64,000 bases of DNA from assembly GCF_037042905.1 (NCBI RefSeq), contig NC_087251.1:15874001-15938000 (forward strand), in the 5' to 3' direction. Positions 37,974 to 50,748 of the stretch are shown piece after piece. Positions within the stretch are counted from its first letter, which is position 1; each line of letters begins with the position of its first letter. The position numbers and the translations under genes were made by a program. The notes below the pieces were generated by a model. That model saw nothing but the letters and a program-made list of their open reading frames with translations. It was not told the origin of the DNA and ran no database searches. The DNA comes from Lytechinus pictus (Eukaryota).

Positions 37974-40479
37974 TATATAGAAGAAAGTAATAATGAAAAT
38001 TGCATCCAAATCATCATCCATTCATTCTCTGCCTCGAATCGAACAGTGTTGTATAGGCCTAAGCAGGGGAGTTGTTCCATGTTTGAGGTGAAAAAATGTC
38101 CAAAGTTTTATGCCCCATATTAAAATGGGCTTACAATATTTTGCGCGCTTGTATATATAGTGCCGAAAAACCTTTTTGGGGGTAATAATAGTATAATTAT
38201 GCTAAGTTTAATGCCTAATTTTACGGTGCTTTCCCATGCTTTTTAAAACACAGGGGCCTATATTTGCATTGCATATTGCGATTTTTTTTCTTCAAGTTTT
38301 TAAAGTTATCGGGGTGGGGGCAAGTCGAATTGCCCCCCAAGTAGTTTCATTAGGAATGACAGGGATGACCCCCAGATCAACGCCTTTGGGTCTAAATGAT
38401 TGTGGAAGGGTTAATTCAGAAATCCCAACACAATGGACCGACTTCACCAAAAAAAAAAGACCCCATGTAGTTTTCCCTGGAGTGATGCATTGAATTTTCA
38501 ACATCTTTGGAATTATCATTTTCTTGATCTTTCAAGGTTTAGATGGTGGTAAGTGGCGTCAATCTCGTTCGAGCAGTGGGGACTGGGAGGGGTTGTATCA
38601 CAATATATTGAGATGAAAGGAAGGAAGGAAGGAAAGAAAGAAAGAAAGAGAGAAAAGAAGGAAAAGAGGAAAGGGAAGGGGAAAAAAACATTGAAAGGGA
38701 AAACGGAAGGGAAGCGGAAAAGTAAGGAAAGAAGAACGTGAAAAAGAATAAATCATTCCGAAATACTAATACATTAGCATGATTAGTAAGAAAGGGAAAT
38801 AAAATGGCAAAATGGCAAACAAAAGCGGAAAATGAAGGTAAAATGGAATGAGCGAAAATCTAAATAAAAAAATGAAGAAAAGAGACAATAAAAAAAGGAA
38901 CTCAATATATAGATTGAAAATAACGAACGGGAAGAGAGATGGACGTCATTATCTAGCTTGCTAAATTTTATGCAATAACCGTCGCAATGAGGACAAAAAA
39001 AGTCCTTAGCCACAATTTGTCCCTAAATAAGTAAGTAAAGATTTACGCTGCATGGTTAAGAGTTACCGAAAAAGTCTTGGCTGGTGATCTCAAGGGGCTC
39101 TGCCCCAACCCCATGCAGAATATAGGTGCTCTTCATCTGTATCCTTCAAAGGCTCTATAACGGGCCCTCTGTATGGACCATTCCGTACGGGGGGGGGGTC
39201 CCTAGCCAAGAAGAAATAAAAGAAAATAGAGGAGGCAACGAAATGAATGGAAAACAAAGAAATATATGAAATATTAGAATTTCATTTCAAAAGGCCAATT
39301 TTTTTCTGACTCCCTTCGCTCGCTGATGACTTTTTTTTTCAAAATTTGCTATTTCTTGTGCCCCCTCAAAAAAAAATTGGTTTATTATTACGCAACTGCG
39401 TTGAATTAATGTGATTAAAAATAGCGGCCATCTGTAAGGTTTAAAATGTCTTTAATATCAAGAGGTTCCAGGGGCTCTGCCTCCAGACTCCAGTCGCATG
39501 GCACTGGCGTACATGAAAGGGTTTGCTGGGCCATAGCCCCTAAAAGTTCTACAACCAAGAACAAAAAAAAAGGATGAAATAATATATCAAAGGAAAAGTG
39601 AAAGATATGATGTTATTTTCTGAATATCATCTCAAAATCTGTCTCAAAGTTAGATTCTCATGAAAGCTTTTTTTCTTGCTCGCTTTGCTCGCTCGGGACT
39701 TATATTAAGCAGCTTTTTGCCAAAATGCGCCATACTTTGCCCCCTCTCTTTTTTTTTACTCATCCTGCTACTGCCGCATAAAGTTTCGCCCTAATGCTCG
39801 CACACAATCATAAACAATATCCTGTTCACAGTGGCGTATAGATAAAAAAAAGAAAAAAAAAGAAAGGAAAACAAAAGGAAAGAGAGAATGGTGAAAACAC
39901 AATATTATTTTCTGAATACTATGTAAAATATATTTTAAAAAATTGATTATTGTAATATCAAAATTTTTGCTCGCTCGCTTCGCTCACTCGCAACTTTTAT
40001 ATATATATTTTTTAATTATAAATCCTGCCCGATACATGCACCATACCTGCCCCCTCAAAATTTTGCCCCATTGCCTGTTTATCCCATGATTTTGACCGGA
40101 TATTTTTTTGGCTCCCCCCCTGGCCACCGACCCCTGTTACGTCCCTGCTAAAAATAGGGTTAATAACACATGCATTTATAATGCACAAGCGAGAAAAAGG
40201 CAACCGTATTTTTTTTTGGGGGGGGGGGGGGTGTTTGTTGGAAGACTAAGCAGTATCAAGAAATGTCTTGGAAGGGAGAGACTGAAAAATGTTTCAAATC
40301 TGACTATAGCGAGAAAGTGAACAATGCGACAGCCTAAGTTGCATTCATTAAGTTAATGTGCACATAGGTCTAAAGTCCTTTATCAGAATGTTATTGAGCA
40401 AATTCGTTTTATTAAACTGAGCGAATGAGAATGAAACTCTTAACATTTTTTTTATCATTCAACAATCACTAGTTTCCAA

Positions 40480-41046
40480 CTCATCACTGGTACTCTTAAT
40501 AATACTATCAAAGATTCCCCAAGTCTAAATTCTTTTAAATTTAAGTTCAAAAAGTTTCTCCAAGATACTCGTTAGTTTGTTTAACTCTTCATCACTCATA
40601 CATTATATTTTTCATATATACTTAGCACTACTAAGTGTGAAATATGATAATTTTCGTTTTCCTGTTGATCCGTAATATTCGCTGTGAGTGCCGGGGCAAG
40701 AATCTGGAAACCATTGATCTCGTTTTTTCTCTCATTTTCTATTTCTTTCTTCTTTTCTTTTTTTCTTTTAAACTATTCATTTAAATAGATTTAAGCTCAA
40801 CTTCTACATGTTGTATTTGTGTTTTGTTTACATTGTTCATACAAATATGTAATAGGAGGCTGCATTCTACAAGTTCGCTTTTTTAGTAGCCTCCTCCGTT
40901 TCCGACATGTTATCTTAATTATTACATATAATAAGTTTCTTTGTTTTATTGATTATATCAAGATGTATGTAACAAACTTATTGTAAATGATTGTAAATGA
41001 TTGTTGGAAATGGAAAAATAAATGAAATGAAATGAAATGAAATGAA
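40480..41046 (+). mobile_element. Decayed LINE 3' tail
   Basis: IKDSPSLNSFKFKFKKFL-like ORF end, then a 3' UTR ending AATAAA(TGAAA)n. Confidence 0.6.
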
Positions 41047-41102
41047 AGGAGAGATGAAATCATGAAAGTGCTATAGATGTCAGTTCGCGCTTCACACTAA
41101 TT

Positions 41103-41822
41103 GAAGAGTTTGTTTGCAAAAGGAGGTAGATCCACTTTAGGCAATTCCGAGAAAATTACATGTTTTTTTTTAATTCTCCGATACCGCAATATTCTTATGC
41201 GAAACTGAGTTGTCATGATACCCTACCATGTGAACATAAGATTGGTTATACAAGAAATCTTGGTTTCAAATTGTCATTGTGGATCTAGCCCCTATTGCAA
41301 ACAAACTGAAATGGATCCAATCCCTTTTTGATAAAAAAGTAATTTTTCTTTGCCATTTTTATGCACGTGATAATGGGAATTTCAACTTTTCTTTGATATC
41401 ATCAGAGCGACTAAAAACATATACATTGAGACCAAAATAAAAATCAAATTTTATGAAAAATGGATCTAACCCCTTTTGCAAATGAGCTCTTCGGGATAGT
41501 TTGTTTGCAAAAGGGGTTAGATCCACTTACACCATTCCAAGAAAATCATTTTTTTTATTCTCCCATTATGTTTCAATATTCTTATGCGAAATTAAGTTGT
41601 CATGATTCCCTACAACATGGTATATGAACATAAAATTGGGTATTGAAGAATCTGCTTGTCTTCATATTTTTATTTTTCCCCAAAAAATTACCTTTGTGGA
41701 TCTGGCCCCTTTTGCAAACAAACTGAAATGATATTATCTTAAAGAGCTACTAAAATCTATACACTGAGACAAACATTTTTTTATGAACAATGGATCTAAC
41801 CCCCTTTGCAATTGAGCTCTTC
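41103..41822. mobile_element. Second dimer of the GAG...CTC MITE family, opposite orientation to 22447-23265
   Basis: gaagagtttgtttgcaaaagg...ccccttttgcaaatgagctcttc occurs twice. Confidence 0.82.
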
Positions 41823-42134
41823 AACTATTATTGTTAAATCACACCCTGTTTATATTCAACCGTTGCTTAAAAATAACGATCCTTTTCAAGTCAATGCAAA
41901 GAGATTTTTAGTTCGCGCTCGAATGTTGTTTAATGGGATTTCCTATTTACCACTTGGTTACAAAATATGCTAGAATGTTCAATTTTTTTCGCTTGGTAAG
42001 TATAGGGAGATAGGCCTAAGATCTTTATTGAAAGCAAAATTTGCGCAGGAGCCATAGAGACATGTAGAAGTCCTTAATTCAACGATTTACCAACAGAAAT
42101 CCTGCATTAGCCGACCCTGTTGCCCTCACTGATC

Positions 42135-42340
42135 TGATGATGATGGTGGTGATGATGATGATGATGATGATGATGGTAATGATGATGATTATGGTGATGG
42201 TGATGATGATGATGATGTCATGGTGGTGGTGGTGATGATGATGATGCCTGATGCATGCAGTGATGATTTCCGATACGATAGTTCTAAGATACATAAGAAG
42301 ATAATGATAATAATAATGACAAAAACAACAGTAATGATGA
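42135..42340. repeat. (GAT/GGT)n and (AAT)n microsatellite
   Basis: Directly visible; explains the poly-His/poly-Ile ORF. Confidence 0.9.
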
Positions 42341-42479
42341 TACTTAAATTATAATGCTATAAATGTTGAAATGAAAGAAAAATATATATTATTCGAATGA
42401 AAACAAGTTATTTTTAATTTTTCTTAATGTATTGAACCGGGTATTGAAGAATTATTCACTCCTTAAAATTCAGTATGAT

Positions 42480-42612
42480 CGGCCACCGTGACGGCCAGCC
42501 GGCCAATTTGGTTGGCAAAAATCAAAGCGGGTGATTTCGATTTGATGCCAACCGGCAACCTGACGACACTAGCAACAAATTTGTTGTCAAACAACTACAT
42601 GTAAATTACAAG
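42480..42612 (+). promoter_or_regulatory. Probable promoter/5' UTR of the Ly6/uPAR gene
   Basis: Abrupt switch from AT-rich to GC/CpG-rich DNA with a CCAAT motif (ggccaat, about 42501) just upstream of the ATG; CpG richness continues into intron 1. Confidence 0.45.
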
Positions 42613-42676
42613 ATGTATCTTGAGCCCTGTATGCTCACTGTGGTATTGCTGTACTGTGTCGGTGTGTACAATTTAG
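42613..42676 (+). CDS. Ly6/uPAR gene exon 1 (signal peptide)
   Basis: aagATG...TTAG|gtaagt; hydrophobic 21-aa stretch, phase compatible with the next exon; lies in a CpG-rich segment. Confidence 0.82.
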
Positions 42677-45600
42677 GTAAGTTTGATAAAAGTCCTAGGA
42701 AAAAGACTTGACATGTTGAATTCTTCACTTGCTACTGCGCGCCCCTGCTACTCTGCCGAAGTTGACACCGGTACCGTGACGGTACGGTACAGCAGCAAAG
42801 CGCAGGCCGCCCCGGCGCGGCACTTGGTGAGTGTCCGGATGCCTGGCCTACCCAGGAGGCTTCTACTAGAGAGTAAAAATCATTTAGGCCCTACTAACAT
42901 ATGCTTACTCTCAACGAAGCCAGGGATTCGGGCCTTATCGTGATTGCTGACTCCAGAGTCATAAAGTAGTACCGGACCTGAATTTCGCTAAGCACTACCA
43001 CTACAGTACCACGCCTTGGCCTTGTTGATTTTCAATAGATGATGCGAGAAATTCAGCTAGCTCTCTCACCGGACAAGACTCTCGCACATGGGACAATTTC
43101 TGCGTTGACATGACATTGCACAGCAACTTAACTCTCGCATCATCACACTCCCCCCAATCATAATGCCAAGGCAATGGATCATTCGAGATGATATCATATG
43201 CATATCACCATGAATCATGATCACACACAGCTCACAGTCACACATTAATTTTCAACGTCCTATTACTTTATCTTCCTTTTTGACTCCAGTGCGTGTTATC
43301 GCGTTGTCAAAACCCATTGACGGAGCCACAAAGGAGGATACAACCTAGAATCTTAACTTTATCGTTCTTTTTGGCTCTGTCTATGGGTTTTGGCCACGCA
43401 ATAACGTGCTGGAGTCAAAAAGGAAGATAAATAATAAGCTTGTTGAAATTGTATTGATAGCTAACTGTCTAAAAGTGGCAGAGTGGTCTTGAGGAGAAGG
43501 GAAAAGAGGGGTTGATGGAATAGACAGGTTAATTACTGTGCGAAATTTCGTTGGAAAAGTGGAGTAAAAAAGAACAATAAAGATATAGACAGTTTGAATT
43601 GATTTATTTAGTGGATATCCTATACTGTCTAAAAGTGGCAGAGTGGTTTGAAGAGAAGGGAAAAGAGGGGTTGATGGAATATACAGTTAATTACCGTGCG
43701 TAATTTCGTTGGAAAAGTGGAGTAAAAAAGAATGATAAATATATAGACAGTTGATACTGTGACTTATTTTGTGGACAGTAAAAAGTTGCAGAGTGAAGAG
43801 GAGACAAACGATGGGTTACTTAAATGACAGTGAAATTTCTTTGAAAACAGTGGAGTAAAAAATGTAAACTTGGCTGAATTATCGCTGACTAAATAAAATG
43901 TAAGATTGATATATGACAGGGTTATTTTATAATTAGATTTTTTTCCCTTTGTAACATTTAAGAGAGATTAACAAAATTTGTGGCACTGACTAAATAAATT
44001 GGCCGATCATTTTATTCAGATTTCGTCAGTTAAGTCAGTCAGTCATGAGAGGCCTTTATAGATTCCCACTTGGCTGACAAAATAAGACAGAACTTTGAAT
44101 TGGGAAGATCATCAATCTGATTGTCGATCACTGACTAAATAAATTTAGGCCGATTTTGATTCTATCAACTTTCAGAAGACAGATGCAAATTCTGCTTTCT
44201 GTCAATCAACAGGTGTGAGAAATTAACAAGCATGTGGCACCCGCTGGGTACTCCTACATAACAAGCCATGAAATGTACATATGTCTATTGAATTAAGCAT
44301 TCCTGCACACTTGTAATAAAAGTCCTTTACTTTCAAAGGGGGGGGCACACTTCTGTTTTAACAGCATTTTTACATGTCATTCTCAAATGGGGGGGGGGGG
44401 GCACGGGCCGGCCCGTGCCCCCCCCCCCCCCCTGGATCCGCCAGTGGATTAGTGGATATTATTTACACATGATTTGGGGGCCTAACGTTAGATCTACTGG
44501 CTTAGAAGGTTGGTAGGACATTGAAAAAAGCAAAACGGCATTTCTAATCAAATTAAAACTAAGCATTATTAACGTTAGGCCTAATGTCAAAATTTCCTAA
44601 ATAGTGAAAAATAAGGCTATATTGGTCCATCCATATATGCTATACTGTGTGGGTTAGTGGCTACAAATAGGCATTTTAAAGTCTTTATGCTGACCTAGGA
44701 CTGTTTTAGCCTCTGAGAGGAGCTGTGGAATAGATAATCAACTTGGCTGCCATAACATGTGAAGATGTCGCTAAGCTAAGTTTAACTATACATTGTTCAT
44801 TCAAAATAAAGAAATAAAATTTGAGGCCAACTCACCTATTGACTTTTTGGACACATGTCTACAGCACAAACCCACTCTGTGACATCCGGTAATTAGCTAG
44901 ATCTAACGTTAGGCCTAGATCTATATGATGTTTATATTAGGCCAGGATCTATATGATGTTTATATTAGGCCTACAAGATCTATATGATGTTTTGTCTGAC
45001 TTTTCATTACAGAAGGTCAGATCCTAACTTAACTTGCTAGGCTAGAAAAATGGACCGTACAGACCTGCATGTCGAAGGAAGTAAACGATGGATTTCCCTC
45101 GAAAATCCACATTTACCAAGTGATGCAATTTGCCAAAAAACATGTAGATCTGATAGACTGTCTAGATCTATATTTAGATCTAGATCTTGTTTTTTATACT
45201 TTAATAGACCCTAGTTTAGCGATGCCTAGGCCTAATGTTAAATCTTTTCAATTTTGTATAATAATGGACCTACTACAACTGGACATTCAACGAGAGCATT
45301 TTATGACCATCACCTATTTCCAGCTGTCATATACTTAACTTTCTCTTTTCGCTGTTTTTACGACTACTGCCTTGGGCGATTGTTTACACAAGCTCCTTTC
45401 GGCCTATGACGGTCACCGATCGATCACTGGCCCTCTTTCGACCAAAGACGGTCATGTTTTAGCCCCGATTGCTAATAGGGAAAGTCCCTACATTACCTAG
45501 AATGCACTGCACAATTTATTTCCAGTTTTCAGTGCATTATTTCACACTACGTTGACAGACATAATAGTAATAATGATAATAATAATAATAATGATAATAA

Positions 45601-48600
45601 TGATAATGGTATACTTACCCAGGATAGCCACTTCACTTCCAAAAACTGTTCTCCCAGCGGGCCCTGCATTATTATTACACCGGCTAAGCTAGGCTACCTA
45701 TTCCGGAGCACACAGCTTTTTGAGGAATTACTTTCTGCCGCATTGACCTTTCCGAACTAGGAAGCGATTGATAATTCATCTTTTAAGAGTCATTCATTTA
45801 CCAGATTAAACTAGTTTTAAAAGAATATGGACTAGTTTTTATACGCCCGTCTCGACGGGACGTATTATGGTATCACGCTCGGTGTCTGTCCGTCCGTCCG
45901 TTAACTTTTCCTTGTAAACGTGATAACTTCAGTTTAACTTAACCTAGGCTCATACAAATTGGTGTGTATGATACTAGCATGGATCCTAGGAAGCCTATTG
46001 ATTTTGAGGTCAAAGGTCAAGGTTACAGGGACGTATTTTCATCGTACCCTTCTGCAGTCCTTGTAAACGCGATAACTTCAGTTTAACTTAACCTAGGTTC
46101 ATATAATTTGGTGTGGATGATAACTAGCATGGGTCCCAGGAAGTCTATTGATTTTGAGGTCCAAAGGTCAAGGTCACAGGGACGTATTTTCATCGTACCC
46201 TTCTGCAGTCCTTGTAAACGCGATAACTTCAGTTTAACTTACATGTAAACCTAGGCTCATACAATTTGTTGTGTATGATACTAGCATGAATCCCAGGAAG
46301 CCTATCGATTTTGAGGTCAAAAGGTCAAAGGTCAAGGTCACAGTGACATGTTTTCCTCTTACTCTTCTGCAGTCCTTTTAAATGCAATAAATTCAGTTTA
46401 ACTTAACCTAGGCTCATATAATTGTGTGTATATGATACTAGCATGGATCCCAGAAAGCCTATTGATTTTGAGGTCAAAGATCAAGGTCACAGTGACATGT
46501 TTCATCTTTTCCTTCTAAGTCCTTTTCAACACAATAACTTTAGCTTAACTTAACCTTTAGGCTCATATAATTTGATGTGTATGATACTAGCAAAGATCTC
46601 AGGAATTCTATTGATATTGAGGTCAGACAGTCATAGGTGAAGTCGCCACCTTCCACTTTTCTTGCTTGACCGATAACCCCATTTTCCGCTTTACGGGCGT
46701 ATTATGTGCTCGCCTTAGCGAAACTCTTGTTCTGGTATAATAGCAGGTGAGTGGAGATCAATTGTTTATCTTGTTTATTTTTGTCGGAAAATAAATAAAA
46801 ATAATTTATTAAACAGTTTTTATAACCATTCCTTTTAAAAACGAAATTTTTCAAAGTACATTGCAGACCCTTGTTAAAATAAATGTTTTGTTTGCTCAGT
46901 CCTGGCAATCTTTTATCTGTATTTGATAATTTATTTAATGGTAGTAATACATTGTCAAACCTGCACCAAATCAAAATTTTGAAAAAACTCTAACAGGCCA
47001 TCACACTTGCAGCACTAACATGTGTGCAGTGCAGTTGAGTGCCCTGGCCTTGAAATTCATGAAAATGATAAAATAAAAGAAGGCTCTAAATCTATACCTA
47101 CTTCCTTTTTCCCCTTTATCCTCTCCTTTCTCAAGCTGAAGGTCTGCAGTGTTACCGATGTTCAAGTGAGGACACCAATGATAACTGCATCGGATCCAAC
47201 AACATTCAGACATGCTCGATCACCCAAGATAGATGTCTTACCCAAGTTACTTACTCAAGTAAGCCACAGATCTGAGAAATTAATTTAATGATTTGTGAAC
47301 TTTCACATTCTTAATGTCACTCAGAAAAAAGTAGTGAAGATTGCTCTTTAAATATAGTCGTGGGTATGCGTACCATGTATATTTTTTAAATTATTATTTA
47401 ACACCATTAAGAAATACTTTTATCTATTTGGCCAAACCTATTAAGCCTTGTGTATATGTAAACTTGCTTTGTTGTGCAGTGCAACTTCTTGTGGTGAAAG
47501 GAATTGCATTTCACCCCCAAAATATCACACAAGACACATGCTAGGCCTATGTGTTTATAATTATAAAGCAATTAAACTCTCATGATCTTCTTCTAGGCTG
47601 TATCAGTAATGCTGATTTATTAAAGTTTATTACCTTTCTTCATTTCCAACACATTGTGAAAAGGATATGTTCATAGGGAATTATGGAAATTGTATACATA
47701 TAATCTTACATTGAATTAACCAGTTATATACAGTGTAATGCAAGTTATCCATGACATGTATTGTGATTAATTAGATGAGACTTGATCAATCACTTTTGAA
47801 AACTCCTTACTTGAATGAAGATTATTGTGTCAAGGAGTCGTGTGATTATAAATTTATTTTCTCTATACCTACAATACTCAGTTATTCTATATTGCTTTTG
47901 TAAATTCTGTTTTATTCATTATTTTTTTTAAACAATTAAAACACGGTTTGAACTAAACTGCATGTATTATCATTCAATTTTCACAATTGTGACCATGATC
48001 ATCCCATAGTGAGAATTTTACCCTTATATTTAGCAGTATTTTATTTCCAATACAGCCATTTAATAATGGTTTACCCCAAAAACCTACCCCCATTATCACA
48101 TGCCAAGTACATTTTCCACTAAACCACCCTCATTTTTGTAATTTTCAAATTCACATTAACTAAGTCAAACAAATCGATTGTAAACAAGAATGAAGAGTTA
48201 AAAACCCACCCTCTTTCCGAAGTATTGATTGTAAGTTTAAAAAATGCACAACTCTTTTCCCCTCCAAAATTATGTTGATAAACATTCCTTAAAATCTAAA
48301 TTTCGAAAATCCATATTTTATTGTTTGAAACAGAAATCCTCTGAAAATTTGTTTTGCCCAATTGATCATTGGCTCTGCAGCCTCCATGCAGCTCCAGATC
48401 GATGTAGCGCTATCCCTTGTATTGTTAACAACCCTTTACAAACATTTTTACACAAAATTTGGATTGATCATGATTGATTACATAAGTATGTACACCTTCA
48501 ATGAGATTCACCTGCCCTTTATTTCTTTGGTTTTATCCCATTGCTTATTTTCATTTGTTTGTGGAGGAGAGCGAGGAAAGTTGGGGATTGATAAATCTTG

Positions 48601-48805
48601 TGCCTCTGTGCAAGGATGCAGTGCAGCTATTGAACAGTTGTCCAAGTACTACTTCTGTGACAAGTCCCGAGCTGGATGGGGATGTGTAGAATGCTGCCAA
48701 GAGGACAGATGCAATGAAAGTAGAGGGGTTAACATTCACCAGCAGTCCTGGATTCCTTTGATAACCAGCATAGGTATTATTTTCTATTATGAGTTGTGTA
48801 GATGA
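42613..48805 (+). CDS. Ly6/uPAR (three-finger, LU-domain) protein, LYPD1/LYPD6-like, predicted signal peptide and GPI tail, about 141 aa
   Basis: join(42613-42676,47136-47258,48567-48805), both introns phase 1: MYLEPCMLTVVLLYCVGVYNLAEG-LQCYRCSSEDTNDNCIGSNNIQTCSITQDRCLTQVTYSRERGKLGIDKSCASVQGCSAAIEQLSKYYFCDKSRAGWGCVECCQEDRCN-ESRGVNIHQQSWIPLITSIGIIFYYELCR*. LxCYxC start, CCxxxxCN end, hydrophobic N- and C-termini. Confidence 0.9.
43464..43862. repeat. ~160-bp direct repeat, about 2.5 copies, Ly6 intron 1
   Basis: actgtctaaaagtggcagagtgg at 43464 and 43624; third decayed copy from about 43775. Confidence 0.85.
45841..46731 (+). mobile_element. Helentron-associated (DINE-1/HINE-like) element, family B, with ~150-bp internal tandem repeats
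   Basis: T-run, subTIR atacgcccgt, inner palindrome, (GTCC)n, about 5 core repeats (starts 45910, 46059, 46210...), 3' subTIR acgggcgtat at 46693-46702, hairpin tcgc-ctta-gcga, then TT. Confidence 0.9.
47136..47258 (+). CDS. Ly6/uPAR gene exon 2 (Cys 1-5)
   Basis: Long pyrimidine tract, caag|CTGAAGGT...TCAA|gtaagc; EGLQCYRC...RCLTQVTYS. Confidence 0.92.
48567..48805 (+). CDS. Ly6/uPAR gene exon 3 (Cys 6-12 and hydrophobic tail)
   Basis: KSCASVQGC...FC...GCVECCQEDRCN; exon start is 48567 or 48570 (GAG/GAG tandem acceptor). Confidence 0.88.
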
Positions 48806-50748
48806 TGGATGGATTTTTTTCCTCCAAATTGTTTTCTTCAGTGTAATAAAAATAAAATGAGGAATTATTTTCATTTTCAATGCGTTCACTTGACCATACA
48901 GATTAATTGAAAGATACTAAAAGAGCGGATACCAGTTTATGCCAATGAATAATGATGTACATGTATCTGATTCTTAGCATCTTTACAAGTGATGATCACT
49001 TTGCATAGTATTGGCTTTCTGTATCTTGTACTGTCAAGAAAGAAAGAAATATCTGTAAGTGATGCACATATTACAGTGTACATACTGAATTTTGTGTTTT
49101 CACTGAAAAGAGATAAAAAATACATAAACTTTTGACTAAACTACAAAAAACATTGTAAAATAGTGAATGGAAATTTGCAAGTCAAGATTTTTAAATGTTA
49201 AGCTGCTGTCAAATGTAGCAGTTTGATATGCTAGAACTGATGAAAATAGCTTTAATAGAATTTGAGCTTGAATGAATATTCTAAAGAACAATACTTTACA
49301 ATAAGTGAAGAGAGGTCTTGTGAATACATTTGCCTTGCAATATCAGATTCATAGCCCCAAAAATATCAAGGGAATCAAACCTTTGTAATGAAATGATGGA
49401 GTGGGAAGAGGAGAATAATTTTTTTAAAATTGTTATGGTGGAAGTTTAAAAGAAATTATTCCAAGGAATGAGAAGATTATTGCTGTTTAGGAAACAAGAT
49501 CTCAAACATAAATTAAATCTCAAATTGACAATTTGACGAGTAGACTCACTGGAACAAGTGGTTAGTGCAACTCTTCCATTAATTTATTTAAATATGACTT
49601 ACTGTAATGGTTTTCCCTTAAGCCAGGCAGTAAACCATTACAACCATAAAGGAAATGATGAATAAAATCTTGAGAAAAAAGGGTAAATTTGTATACTCGA
49701 GCAATTCAAATAGAAGTCCCTATGCTCCATTACAATGACACTACCTGCATAATATGTTGCCAATTTCAAGTCTCTACAGGTACAGTGATTAACCTTTTAC
49801 AGTCTAAAAATTCTTAACTCTCTCATAATTTGTCAGATTTCCCCCAAAATCTTTCACCAATCAGCTTCTCTTATTATTCTCTATGGGTTTGATTCTCCAT
49901 TCAGCATACCATGTAAAACAGGTGCACTTGTGCCAATCCAATGGGTATGCCTTTGTGTGCAGTATTACTCACTATATGCAATATGTTCCATGATCTACTG
50001 GTTTGTCTTCCTTATGAGAGAGGAGGTACACTTGCCGACTCTGGTGCTGTGCATAAAACTAACCATTGAATGGCATCTGTGACCTTTCCAATTTAATCCA
50101 GAAGAAATTTGATGTAGAATATTTTTCATGTACTGTATCAGGCATGTGAGACTTCTGCATTTCTGCGTTGTTGTTTCATTTTTTTTGGTGGGGGGGGGGG
50201 GGGGGGTTTGTTCTCAGTTGTAGAGTTGGTGCTATTCTGAATTTCTCCTTCACCACCTTACCTTTTTCCTGTTTGACTTTTACTGTGGAAAGAAACAATC
50301 ACAGTAAGCACATTTCAAGTCCGGTTCAGTTGTGCATCAAAAACGTTTATTATCATAATGCACATGACCATAACATTTTTTTCTTTTGTTTTAGATCACT
50401 TGTGTAAAATGTGTCATTCAGAGCAGACTCCCACATTTGTAGTTTACATGCAACTTTGTATCGACTGGGCTAGAAACTAATGTTAGGCCTTGTAATATAA
50501 ATCAAGATCTATACTTTTAGGGCCCTGCCTAACTCTTGATTTTGGAACTGTTGATGTGTGGTGGTATTTTTCACTTCTAAACCAGTCATGTGATATATGG
50601 ATATTGACGGAAGATGGAGTGAAACCACTCCAATGAGTCATGCTGGACATTTATCGGGCTAATAGTGGTACCAGTGTATGACCCAAATCCCTGGACTGTT
50701 ACAGTGGTTGTGATGTCTATCATCCAACAGTGTTGGATGTCCACCAAA

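Noticed and set aside
42079..42294. Poly-His/poly-Ile ORF
   Set aside because: Translation of a (GAT/GGT)n microsatellite.
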